From: a bacterium
GTDB taxonomy: Bacteria; UBA8248; JACPRG01; G963555815
Assembly: GCA_965218795.1 (NCBI GenBank)
Contig: OZ244653.1
Span: 1,792,001 to 1,856,000 of the forward strand
DNA length: 64,000 nucleotides
Reading direction: 5' to 3'
This document shows, in pieces, positions 49,541 through 59,114 of this stretch. Made by a program: the position numbers and the translations under genes. The first letter of the stretch is position 1; each line of letters starts with the position of its first letter. The notes under the pieces are model-generated. The model was not told where the DNA came from, made no database searches, and saw only the letters and a program-made list of their open reading frames with translations.

Positions 49541-52033
49541 GTGAAATCCATTCCTATGCTGCTCGTTATGGTGCTGGTACTGACCGCCTGCGGGAGCCGC
49601 AACGGCCCGCCACCCGAAGCCGAAGGCTTTATTCAGCTCGAGAGGAATACCGAGTTCGACGGCACGAACCTGCGGTTTTTCGTGACGCTGGACGACGGAA
49701 CCGTGGCTTCCGTCAACACGACCGACGATGTCATCGAGACGCTGCCCGGGGCAACGCCCATGCCCGGCCACCAGGCGCGGGCCTGGACGTTCCTGAAGGT
49801 AACGGAGGACGACACGTCGGTGGCCCACGCCCTGGTAAGCTGGGACCCGGGCAACCCGGCGGACTACCTCATGTTCGGCTGGTGGGCGCAGTTCCCGGAC
49901 CAGCATCCGCCGGATCTATCGTTCAAGGAATCGATACGGTACGCGATCATCGACGGCCCGGAACTCGACCATGGCATCGTGCCGCAGTTGCCAATCGAGG
50001 GGACGGCCACATACGCGGGACCGGCCGGGGGGCTCTACACCTACGTGGCCGGAAGCGACTGGGGAGAGAACGAGGGCGCCTTCGTGATCGACGAGTACCA
50101 GGGGACGGTCACCCTCACCGCGGACTTCGCGGACGGCACCCTGAGAGGCTGCATCGGGTGCGTGGGCGATCTCGTCACGCAGCGCGCGCATTTCGGCGTT
50201 TTTCTCGGCGAGGAGTTGAGGGACGTGCAGGCCGTAGCCGCGGACTACGAGCTCCAACTCGCCACGGCGATTATCAGAGTGGACGGCATGTTCGAGCGCG
50301 ACAGGGTGACGGTGAGACACCCGGAGCGGACCATCACGCATTCCGAGGGGGATTGGGGCGGGGCCATGTCCAGCCGCCAGGACGCGGACGGAAACCCCCG
50401 ACTGGTCGCGGGCTTCAACGGTGTCTACTTCCAGGAGAGCGACGGCAGCGAGGGTGAGAACGCACTGGCGTTCATGACTGTTTTGTTGAAGGCGGGAGCG
50501 AATGTGAACGCGCGAGATTATGGTGGCGAAACACCTCTCCACGATGCGGCGCTGGGCATCGAAACACCTGGGGTCGTATCGGCCCTGGTAAAAGCAGGGG
50601 CGGACGTGAACGCGCGAGACGAGAATGGCGAAACACCTCTCCACAACGTAGAGAGACTGGAGGATATGACGGTTTTGCTGAAAGCGGGAGCGGACGTGAA
50701 CGCGCGAGATAAAAAAGGCCAAACCCCTCTTCACCATGCGGCGCGGAACAGCGTGACGCCTTTGTTCGTGACGGCCTTGCTGAAAGCGGGGGCGAATGTG
50801 AACGGACGAGATGGTGATGGCGAAACCTCTCTCCACCATGCGGCGCGGAACAGCATGACGCCTTGGGTCGTGGCGGCCTTGCTGAAGGCGGGCGCAGACC
50901 TGAACGCGCGGGATGACGGCGGCGAAACCCCTCTCCACGATGCGGCGCGAAACAGCGAGACACCTTGGGTCGTGGCGGCCTTGCTGAAGGCGGGCGCAGA
51001 CCTGAACGCGCGGGATGACGGCGGCGAAACCCCTCTTCACCATGCGGCGCGGTACAGCGAGACACCGGAGGTCGTGACGGTTTTGCTGAAGGCGGGCGCG
51101 GACCTGAACGCGCAGGATATAAATGGCAAGACACCTCTCCACCATGCGGCGTGGGGGAGCAAGACACCGGAGGTCGTGGCGGCGTTGCTGAAGGCAGGGG
51201 CGAAAGTGAGTGCGCGAGATAAAAAAGGCGCAACCCCTCTCCACGATGCGGCGCGGTACAGCAAGACACCGGGAGTCGTAACGGCCCTGCTAAAAGCGGG
51301 GGCGAATGTGAATACGCGAGATAGCAGTGCCGCAACACCTCTCTACCATGCGGCGCGGTACAGCAAGACACCAGGAGTTGTAACGGCCCTGGCGAAAGCG
51401 GGGGCGGACGTGAACGAACGAGATGAGCATGGCGCAACACCTCTCCACCATGCGGCGACGCCGGAGGTCGTGGCGGCCTTGGTGAAAGCGGGGGCGAATG
51501 TGAACGCGCGAGATGACTATAACGCAACACCTCTCCATCATGCGGCGACACCTGGGGTCGTGACGGCCCTGGTGAAAGCGGGCGCGGAGGTGGACGTGCG
51601 GAATAAAGCCGGGGAAACGCCCCTGCACCGGGCGGCGAAGTACAACGAAAACCCGGCGGTCATCAAAGCCTTCGTGAAGGCCGGGGCGGAGGTGAACGCC
51701 AGGGACAAGAGCGAATGGACGCCCCTGCATAAGGCGGCGAAGCACAACGAAAACCTGATGGTCGTCAAAGCCCTCGTAAAGACGCGGGCGGAGGTCAACG
51801 CGCGGGATCAAGAGGGGAAAACGCCCCTGCATTATGCGGCGTACGGCAACGACAACCCGGCGGTCATCACGCTCCTCGTGAAGGCCGGGGCGGATGTGAG
51901 CGCGCGGGATAGAGGCGGATATACGCCCCTAGACAAGGCGGCGCGTTATTCACGAAAACAGGCCTTCGTGGAGGCCTTGCGCGACGCCGGGGCGAGTCCG
52001 GCGGCGAGAGCCGTAAAAGGCCAAACGCCGTAG
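49541..52033 (+). CDS. lipoprotein with beta-barrel-like (TbpB-like) N-terminal domain fused to about 15 ankyrin repeats
   Basis: lipobox LTA-C; P..GTATY.G.AGG.Y, VTLTADF...L.G beta-barrel signatures; 15 TPLH-type repeats with LLKAGADVNARD. Confidence 0.85.
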   Translation: MKSIPMLLVMVLVLTACGSRNGPPPEAEGFIQLERNTEFDGTNLRFFVTLDDGTVASVNTTDDVIETLPGATPMPGHQARAWTFLKVTEDDTSVAHALVSWDPGNPADYLMFGWWAQFPDQHPPDLSFKESIRYAIIDGPELDHGIVPQLPIEGTATYAGPAGGLYTYVAGSDWGENEGAFVIDEYQGTVTLTADFADGTLRGCIGCVGDLVTQRAHFGVFLGEELRDVQAVAADYELQLATAIIRVDGMFERDRVTVRHPERTITHSEGDWGGAMSSRQDADGNPRLVAGFNGVYFQESDGSEGENALAFMTVLLKAGANVNARDYGGETPLHDAALGIETPGVVSALVKAGADVNARDENGETPLHNVERLEDMTVLLKAGADVNARDKKGQTPLHHAARNSVTPLFVTALLKAGANVNGRDGDGETSLHHAARNSMTPWVVAALLKAGADLNARDDGGETPLHDAARNSETPWVVAALLKAGADLNARDDGGETPLHHAARYSETPEVVTVLLKAGADLNAQDINGKTPLHHAAWGSKTPEVVAALLKAGAKVSARDKKGATPLHDAARYSKTPGVVTALLKAGANVNTRDSSAATPLYHAARYSKTPGVVTALAKAGADVNERDEHGATPLHHAATPEVVAALVKAGANVNARDDYNATPLHHAATPGVVTALVKAGAEVDVRNKAGETPLHRAAKYNENPAVIKAFVKAGAEVNARDKSEWTPLHKAAKHNENLMVVKALVKTRAEVNARDQEGKTPLHYAAYGNDNPAVITLLVKAGADVSARDRGGYTPLDKAARYSRKQAFVEALRDAGASPAARAVKGQTP
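50470..52020 (+). repeat. ankyrin-coding tandem array (mostly 102-bp units, three shorter)
   Basis: 74-bp exact duplication at 50861 and 50963. Confidence 0.9.
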
Positions 52034-52215
52034 GATGATGTAGTAAAGAATCCCTTTTTCATGGGGACGGACGCCCACCGGCGGCTGACCCGGCAATCCA
52101 TAGGTTTCGAAGAGATGTGGTGCATCTCACCTCATAGGGATCGGATAGACAAAATGTGGGTAATCATCCACAGACCGCACATCAGATCAATACAGTAGGA
52201 CGGAAAAATGTCAGA

Positions 52216-53239
52216 TGTGTCGTCTGCCCACATCGTTTCAAGGAGACATGGGGCGAACCACGGGCCAGTCGTTCCGCGGTAGGATGAACTCGCGCTTCGG
52301 ATCGTAGTTGGCGGCGATCTCCTCGCCGATGGGAGCTTCGCGAAGGAGATCGCACACACGGTCAATCGGGGCGCGGCCGCCGAGGCTGTCGTGAGGGCGG
52401 TCCCAGTTGTAGAAATGCTGCCACTCAGCAAGCCTGTCTTCGAGCTCCGGATCCCGCAGATCGACAGTGGACCAAAACTCTTCGAGAGCGGTTCGCTGCA
52501 CACTTTCGACCTTTCCGTTGAGATGGGGTGCACGTGGCCGGATCGGCCGGAACTTGATGCTCCACTCGCGAAGGCGCTCCTGCACCCCATAGGCAAAGAA
52601 CTCCTGGCCTCGGTCTGTCTGGATGCGGTGAATAGAAAAAGGCATTTCCTCGACTACCTGTTCAAGGAAGGTCAGCGTCGAAGCGGCGGTTTTCCGCGGG
52701 AACACCCCGATCACCTGGTACCGCGAACAGTCATCGATAGCGGTGTACTGATACATGCCCGCACCGATTTTGCAGACATCCATCTGGACCCGATCGCCCG
52801 GAACCGGTCGTGAGTAACGCTTCCACCTCTTGTGAACCAGTTTCGGACGCTTCAGGCGGTTCAGGCCATGCCGACACAGACTTTGTGAATGGTGTCCACC
52901 GAGAGTCGGATGCCGAGTTGACGGCTCTTGCGCAACGAAACGATGAAATCCTCCTCGGTGGCAAAAACCAGGCGCGACGGTGAACGGTACGGGCGACGGC
53001 TACGATCCGTGAGACCCGCAACGCCCTCCGCCTGATAACGCCGCCACCACTTCCGAAGGGTCGGCCGTGAAACGTCACAGCGCCGACAGGTAAGGCCAGC
53101 GTCGCCCGTCTGCTCATACATCCTCACCCATGTGAGTCGTGCCGAGGGTGTCATAGAAGCCTCCTACACTGGTCGTGTACGCCGCTTGTGACGCCGTTTC
53201 AATCAACAAGATGTTGAAACGATGTAGGCAGACTTCACA
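52216..53239 (-). mobile_element. IS481-family element with frameshifted transposase
   Basis: 26-bp IRs TGTGTCGTCTGCCCACATCGTTTCAA / TTGAAACGATGTAGGCAGACTTCACA (3 mismatches); HTH ORF 52861-53154 and DDE ORF (QMD, TDRG, NGKVE, YN..RPH) out of frame near 52880. Confidence 0.88.
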
Positions 53240-53809
53240 TGTCATTTGAACCTACTATGCAGATCATGACCGTACTTGGAACGTGAATTGCAGGAATTGA
53301 AAGCCTTGCCGCCGCCAACCGACCCGTTCGAGGTCGGCCGGCCCATCTTCCGGCGCTCCAACGGCCCGTATCGAACTATCCTCCGTTCCCCACCGACACA
53401 CCCCATTCCCACTCCACCGCATCCATGCCGGATGCCCGGCAACGGTCCCTGGCAGAGCGAAGACCCACGGCTGAAACCCGGCCGCGCGAGGTCGGGACAG
53501 GCGAACGTTGACCGTGTAATGGCCGGCCCGCCGTCGGTCACTAAGTCTGGCCGCAGGCCTCCCAAGGCCAAGCTCCAACGCCTGCCGAACCTCTTCAACA
53601 AACCCGGTCCATAGCGCCGGGCCGGACCTCCATCCGCCCGTTCGACACATACGGATGGCCGGCCGGGCGACGGCCACAGGGGCCGTCCCCCCCCGACGCG
53701 CGGCACGCCGTGAAGAGGCCGAGTCGGGCCGTGAGGGGGCGGCGGACGGATGTCCCGGGGGAGGGTGCCGCCGCCTCTTACAACCACCGGCCTATAAGGA
53801 GACGGCGCC

Positions 53810-54106
53810 ATGCACACGGTCCAGACCCATCCCGGCAACGCAAGCACCTTCCTCACCCACCTGTTCGGCCAAGGTTTCGATGACGACCGCTACGTGGTCG
53901 AGCGCTTCCGGTCCATGGCCGACGGCGACATCCGGCCCCTGCGCCCCGGAGGGCCGAGGACCAACGTGTCCCGGCAGGCGGTCCGGAAGATGCGGCCCGC
54001 GCGGGACGAGATCATCATTGCAACCGGAATCAACCTCCGAAACTCCGGGATCCAGCTGTGGGGTGATCTCGCGACCGGTTTGTTCGTGGAACGCAGGCAG
54101 CGCTGA
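53810..54106 (+). CDS. hypothetical protein
   Basis: SD TAAGGAG, GC3-rich codons, 98 aa. Confidence 0.65.
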   Translation: MHTVQTHPGNASTFLTHLFGQGFDDDRYVVERFRSMADGDIRPLRPGGPRTNVSRQAVRKMRPARDEIIIATGINLRNSGIQLWGDLATGLFVERRQR

Positions 54107-54177
54107 TTGGCGTTCTCTGTCTGGACATCCTGCCGGCCCGGCGCCGGCCGGGCGTCCTTCGTCCCGATTCCAGCCGC

Positions 54178-54999
54178 ATGGAGGACATGCCAGTGCCCTA
54201 TAAGGAACCCGACAAGGCCCGCGCGCATGACCGGAAACGCTACCGCAGGATCACCAAAGAGCGCCACGCCAGCGGGATGTGCCCCAAATGCGGAAAAGAG
54301 CCCCTCCCTCTCGACCGCAGTCTGTGCCATACCTGCGGCGAGAAGCGGCGCAAGGCCGACCGCGCCCGGTACGCCAGGGGCAAGGCCGCCGGCAGGCTCT
54401 ACGGCGGCGGGGATCCCAAGGACCGCCGAAGGATCGGGCGGGAGAGAAGCAGGAAGCGCTTCAGGGCATACCGAGACGCCGGCCTGTGCACGCGATGCGG
54501 CACCCTTCCTCCCGTCCAGGGCGGTACGACCTGCCAGTCTTGCCGTGACGCCCGGCAAGCGGCCGAACGGGAGCAGTATGCCGCCCGGCGGGTCGAGGGT
54601 TTCTGTGGCCGATGCGGCGGATCGGCCCTTGACCGCGCCTCCCGCTGCAGTCCCTGCGCTACTCTCGAGGCCGGGCGTAATCCACGGAAGAACGCGGCCA
54701 GCCGAAGGCGCTACTCCCAGAGGCGAGAGAAGTGGCGTTGCACTGACTGCGGCCAACCCTCGCAGGGAGCGGCTCGGTGCGTGCCGTGCGCGCACCGGTC
54801 CTGGGTGCGGTCGGGCCGGCATCGGGGCCTGCCGATCCTTCCGCCGCGGTATACCGTGATCGAGGTCGCCACGGGCGAGGACCACGGGACCTGGGACAGC
54901 TGGGAGGAGGTGGCCATGTGCCTGGCCTTCGCACGGTTGTCCCACGATCAGGTGGAGATCATCTCCGAGGCATCGTTGATGGCGTCCTTCACGGGGTAA
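54178..54999 (+). CDS. Arg/Cys-rich protein with eight CxxC motifs (four putative zinc ribbons)
   Basis: CPKC/CHTC, CTRC/CQSC, CGRC/CSPC, CTDC/CVPC separated by basic helices. Confidence 0.8.
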   Translation: MEDMPVPYKEPDKARAHDRKRYRRITKERHASGMCPKCGKEPLPLDRSLCHTCGEKRRKADRARYARGKAAGRLYGGGDPKDRRRIGRERSRKRFRAYRDAGLCTRCGTLPPVQGGTTCQSCRDARQAAEREQYAARRVEGFCGRCGGSALDRASRCSPCATLEAGRNPRKNAASRRRYSQRREKWRCTDCGQPSQGAARCVPCAHRSWVRSGRHRGLPILPPRYTVIEVATGEDHGTWDSWEEVAMCLAFARLSHDQVEIISEASLMASFTG

Positions 55000-55353
55000 G
55001 ACCCCGATGCGCCGAGCCGTCCATGAGTCTCTGTGGCCATCCGCACACGTGTTGCCGGCCCGCCGCCCGCCAGCCGGGGGGACCATCACCCGCGCCCCCC
55101 GGCGCACCGTCGACCCCTGGAGAGGCCCGCACATGACCGCGCACACCCTGCCGAAGAACCCCTGCTACGCCTTCTCCCCGGCCTACGACCTCGACAACGA
55201 GCTACAGCAGATCAGAATCGTTATCCATGGAGCGGCTACATTCCCACCACCCTGGCCGCACGGTCCATGCGCGCCGAGAACGATGCACCGGACAATCAGA
55301 CCGTGCGCTGAGCCGCCCGCCTTGCTGCGCAGCCGGCCCGATGTCATCTGGCC

Positions 55354-55623
55354 TCAGCCCCGCCGCGCGAGCCTCCTCCACCACGCGATCCACACCGGAA
55401 GGCTCAAGACCATCGCGTAGTCGGCGATGACTATTGGGCCAAGCAGTCCCGCCATCGGCGACGCCGTCGACATCAGCAGCATCGACAGCCACATCCTGGG
55501 CTCCATCTCCGGTCCCGCCTCCGGCGCGAATCGGAGAGCGGCGGTCGCGACCACTCCGGCGGGCAGCCACAGAAGGGACAGCGCCCAGAACCCGTGTCGC
55601 TTGATGAGTCCCTGGTCGTCCAT
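55354..55623 (-). CDS. small membrane protein
   Basis: MDDQG..., 2-3 hydrophobic segments, AGGTAAGG upstream. Confidence 0.55.
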   Translation of the reverse strand: MDDQGLIKRHGFWALSLLWLPAGVVATAALRFAPEAGPEMEPRMWLSMLLMSTASPMAGLLGPIVIADYAMVLSLPVWIAWWRRLARRG

Positions 55624-55843
55624 GCGCCTTACCTGACGGCGATTCCCGCACCCCATGTAAGCCCGAGTAGGTCCGTGTTCGACGACAGCCGGGCGGGGGC
55701 GAAGGCCGCGCACGGTCTCAGAGCGCCTTCTCGCCGTAGAGCTAGAGGGAAGCAAGAGCCGGGCGAACGCCCGGCATGGGAGAGGGAGAACGGTCTCCCG
55801 GTCCCCATGCCGGAAGCGCCAACCCGGAACAGGAGGCCAGCCC

Positions 55844-55984
55844 ATGCTCGACCGTGACTTCGAACCCGACATCCCGACCCATGACGAACTGCTCGCCGAG
55901 ATCGGCCTCGACTCGCACACCATCCGCAGGATCCTCACCGAAGCGGTCCATGCCGACACCGGCGAAGGAGAGGAGCTTTCATAG
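55844..55984 (+). CDS. small acidic protein (46 aa), not in the ORF track
   Basis: SD AGGAGG; MLDRDFEPDIPTHDELLAEIGLDSHTIRRILTEAVHADTGEGEELS; followed by a hairpin. Confidence 0.55.
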   Translation: MLDRDFEPDIPTHDELLAEIGLDSHTIRRILTEAVHADTGEGEELS

Positions 55985-56078
55985 GGTGAACCGAAGGGGG
56001 CCGGGGAGAGAGGACCCCGGTCCCGGTCGCTCCCATCACCCGTTGTCATCCACACCCTCACACAGAAGGAGAATAATA

Positions 56079-56291
56079 ATGAGCTTCGGACTCAATCGCG
56101 CAGAACTGATCGGACGCCTGGGCGCCGACGTCACCGTCAACCATCTCACAAGCGGCGGACGCGTGGCCAACCTGTCCATCGCCACCGACGAGGGCTACAT
56201 CGACAAGCAGACCGGAGACCGGGTCGACAAGACCGAGTGGCACCGGGTCGTGACCTTCCAGCCCGGGCTGGTGGACATGTTCGAGAAACAT
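56079..56291 (+). pseudogene. ssb: 3'-truncated single-stranded DNA-binding protein
   Basis: NRAELIGRLGAD, VANLSIAT, TEWHRVV; family-like sequence stops at FEKH where AT-rich DNA begins. Confidence 0.85.
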
Positions 56292-56429
56292 ATTATACCA
56301 AAACAGACAAACGTACGATTGTCTTCGAATGAAACGCCTATACTATATGTATTTCAATGAATTAAAATGGATTCCTGTCTCTGATCTACCGCAATTCGTA
56401 CGTTTGCACACGCACTGGTTTCTTTTATC

Positions 56430-56473
56430 GTGTTGACAAAAGTGTTGCCAATTCTGATGCACGGTGTTATAGT
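56430..56473 (+). promoter_or_regulatory. integrase promoter overlapped by arm-type direct repeats
   Basis: GTGTTGACAA/GTGTTGCCAA repeats; TTGCCA-N17-TATAGT with extended TG; ATG 7 nt downstream. Confidence 0.6.
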
Positions 56474-56480
56474 CCGGGGC

Positions 56481-57698
56481 ATGAACGAGAACACCGGAAA
56501 ACGCACAGCCAGGGTCAGGACGACACTCACCAGGCGCACCGTCGAGGCGCTCAAGCCCACAGAGAAGTCCTGGATCGCCTGGGACGACAAACTGACGGGC
56601 TTCGGCGTTCGCGTCCAGCCCTCGGGCACCAAGTCGTTCATCGTCAACTACCGCGCGGGCTCCGGCGGCCGCAAGGCGCCCAACAAGCGGGTGGTGATCG
56701 GACGCTACGGCCGCATCGCTCCAGACCGGGCGCGGCGCATGGCCCAGGACCTGCTCGGACGCGTCGCCCGTGGCGAGGATCCTGCCGGAGAACGAGCCGA
56801 TGCCCGCGGCGTCCCCACCCTGGCCCGAGCCTTCAAGGTCTACATGGCGGCTAATCCCAACCGCGCAGCCAATACCGTGAGGCTCTACCAACAGAACCTG
56901 CGGGTCAACCTCTCCGACTGGCTGAAGCGTCCGCTCGACGCCATCACTCGCCAGGACGTCGAGGACCGCTTCAATCTCATTACAGGCAAACACGGCTGGT
57001 CGGCGGCCAACCAGACGCTCTCGATGCTGCGCTCGATCTACCGCAGGCCCTGCGTCGATTTCGAGGGTTTGCGCAATCCAGTCGACCTGTGGCTGGCGGC
57101 CGGGGGGCGCTTCCACAGGAAGCGGAGGCGGCGGATATCGAGCCCGGCGGAGGTGCTGCCCCGCTGGCGCGCGGGCATCGAGGCCGTGGACCTCGATCCG
57201 GAGATTCGCGACATCTTCCTGATCGGCATGTACACCGGCATGCGCCGGGGCGAGATCGTTTCGCTGCGCCGGGAGCAGGTGGACATGGAGCGGCGCATCC
57301 TCAGGGTCGAGGAGACCAAGACCGGGGAGCCGCTGGAGCTTCCGCTCACCCGGCAGCTCGCCGCTATCCTCGAGCAGTGCCTCGCGGGTGGCGAGGACCC
57401 GTGGGTGTTTCCCTCTCCCCGGAGCGGGGCCGGGCACGTGGCGGACCTTGCGCGGTTCTATGGCGAGATTTCAGAAAAAGGCGGAACCCGGTTCTGGTTC
57501 CACGGACTGCGCAACGCCTTCATCACGGTGGCGGAACGCGAACTCATGCTGCCGCGTTCGCTCACGAAGCGGCTGGTGAACCACGCCCGGCCCAGCGACG
57601 TAACCGAGGGCTATGCCGCCGACTGGAGCGTCGAGCAGCTTCGCGAACCTGCCCAACGTATCGCCGACCGCATCGATGAACTGATGAAGGGAACATGA
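56481..57698 (+). CDS. tyrosine recombinase/integrase with Arm DNA-binding domain
   Basis: WDDKLTGFGVRV, TGMRRGE, FHGLR, LVNH, TEGY. Confidence 0.93.
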   Translation: MNENTGKRTARVRTTLTRRTVEALKPTEKSWIAWDDKLTGFGVRVQPSGTKSFIVNYRAGSGGRKAPNKRVVIGRYGRIAPDRARRMAQDLLGRVARGEDPAGERADARGVPTLARAFKVYMAANPNRAANTVRLYQQNLRVNLSDWLKRPLDAITRQDVEDRFNLITGKHGWSAANQTLSMLRSIYRRPCVDFEGLRNPVDLWLAAGGRFHRKRRRRISSPAEVLPRWRAGIEAVDLDPEIRDIFLIGMYTGMRRGEIVSLRREQVDMERRILRVEETKTGEPLELPLTRQLAAILEQCLAGGEDPWVFPSPRSGAGHVADLARFYGEISEKGGTRFWFHGLRNAFITVAERELMLPRSLTKRLVNHARPSDVTEGYAADWSVEQLREPAQRIADRIDELMKGT

Positions 57699-58025
57699 CG
57701 GCGCTTGAATGTTCGCGCGCGGTGCGGCAGATGTGAAATTGCCTAACTCCACGGCGAAGGGGCGCCACGTCGGGTAGTCCTGGAAAACCGTGTCGAGTCA
57801 TGTGCTTCGCTCGCAGTTACGATGCGCTTGCTGGCATTGTCAAGAGGCTGGAATGATTTCGCTATTCCAGCCCGTATCCCAGAAGGATCTGAATGACGGA
57901 TATCCCGACACTTTACCGCGCGCTTAAGTGCGAGTCGGCCATGAGAAACCATCTTCAGGGAATGCTCGATTGGATTCGATATTCATTGCTTTCGATGGAC
58001 CCAATCTGATCAATGTGATGAGGCC

Positions 58026-59114
58026 CTAGTGTACTGTCGCAGAAATTTTTTCACAAAGGCGTTTGATCTTTGCAAGGATGGAATCGGCCGTGGCCGTCCA
58101 CACAAACGGCTGGGCGTTTTCGTTCCAGTGGTCGGTGAATCGGTCAATCCGGCGGATCAGTTCTTTCACTTTGTTGAAGGAGCCCCGTCGAATCGCACGT
58201 TGCGTGATGATGTGAAACCAGATTTCCACTTGGTTGAGCCAGGAAGCATACGTCGGCGTGAAGTGGAGTTGAAACCGTGGGTGTCTTGCCAACCATTGCT
58301 TGATTTTGGCGTGCTTGTGGGTGGCGTAGTTGTCGATCACCAAATGAATGTCCAAATCCGGCGGCACCTGCTCCTCGATGTGGCGTAGAAACTGAAGAAA
58401 TTCCTGATGACGATGGCGGGGCTTACACTGCGCCATGACTTCTCCGGTCTGGATGTCCAGCGCGGCAAACAGAGTCGTTGTGCCATGGCGCCTGTAGTCG
58501 TGGGTGACCCCTTCCACATAGCCCAAGCCCAAGGGCAGCAACGGCTGCGTGCGTTCCAGAGCCTGGACCTGGCTCTTCTCGTCCACGCACAGCACCATGG
58601 CATGCTCGGGCGGATTCAGGTATAACCCCACGATGTCGCGTACTTTCTCCACGAAGAAGGGATCCGTGGAGAGTTTGAAGTGCGCTTGTCGATGGGGCTG
58701 CAACCCGAAGGCACGCCAGATGCGATGCACCGTATCTTTGGATACACCCGTCGCCTGCGCCATGGAACGCACCGTCCACTGGGTCGCCTCGTTGGGACGC
58801 TCTTTGAGTGTCTTGTATACGACCTCGGCCACTTGCTCATCCTCAATCGATCGCGGCGCTCCAGGCCGCAATTCGTCATACAGGCCGATCAGGCCGCGGT
58901 CGAGATACCGCTGGCGCCATTTTCCCACGGTGGCACGATTCACGCCAAGCGCCTCGCCAACCGCACGATTGGGCTTGCCATCGGCGGCCAACAAGACAAT
59001 CTGGGCACGGCGCACCAGCCCATGGGGTAGGCTGCGGGAATGGGCCATAGACTCCAATTGCTGTCGAGCATCATCGCTCAACTCCAAAGCTTTCAGCGGG
59101 CGTCCCCGTGGCAT
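58026..59114 (-). CDS. IS630 family transposase
   Basis: HTH (RAQIVL..ADG), VDEKSQ, YRRHGT, DNYATHK, SWLNQVE. Confidence 0.95.
   Translation of the reverse strand: MPRGRPLKALELSDDARQQLESMAHSRSLPHGLVRRAQIVLLAADGKPNRAVGEALGVNRATVGKWRQRYLDRGLIGLYDELRPGAPRSIEDEQVAEVVYKTLKERPNEATQWTVRSMAQATGVSKDTVHRIWRAFGLQPHRQAHFKLSTDPFFVEKVRDIVGLYLNPPEHAMVLCVDEKSQVQALERTQPLLPLGLGYVEGVTHDYRRHGTTTLFAALDIQTGEVMAQCKPRHRHQEFLQFLRHIEEQVPPDLDIHLVIDNYATHKHAKIKQWLARHPRFQLHFTPTYASWLNQVEIWFHIITQRAIRRGSFNKVKELIRRIDRFTDHWNENAQPFVWTATADSILAKIKRLCEKISATVH

Noticed and set aside
49916-51832. Repetitive antisense ORFs, and the repeats as a possible CRISPR-like array
   Set aside because: The periodicity is the ankyrin coding repeat; there is no constant repeat plus unique spacer structure and no cas genes.
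53890-55146. 418-aa minus-strand ORF and overlapping 250-aa ORF
   Set aside because: Low-complexity Ala/Pro/Arg translations overlapping the better-supported Cys-rich gene.
57700-58025. Hairpin GGCTGGAAT...ATTCCAGCC and 69-aa ORF between integrase and IS630
   Set aside because: Could be a terminator or gene remnant; evidence insufficient.
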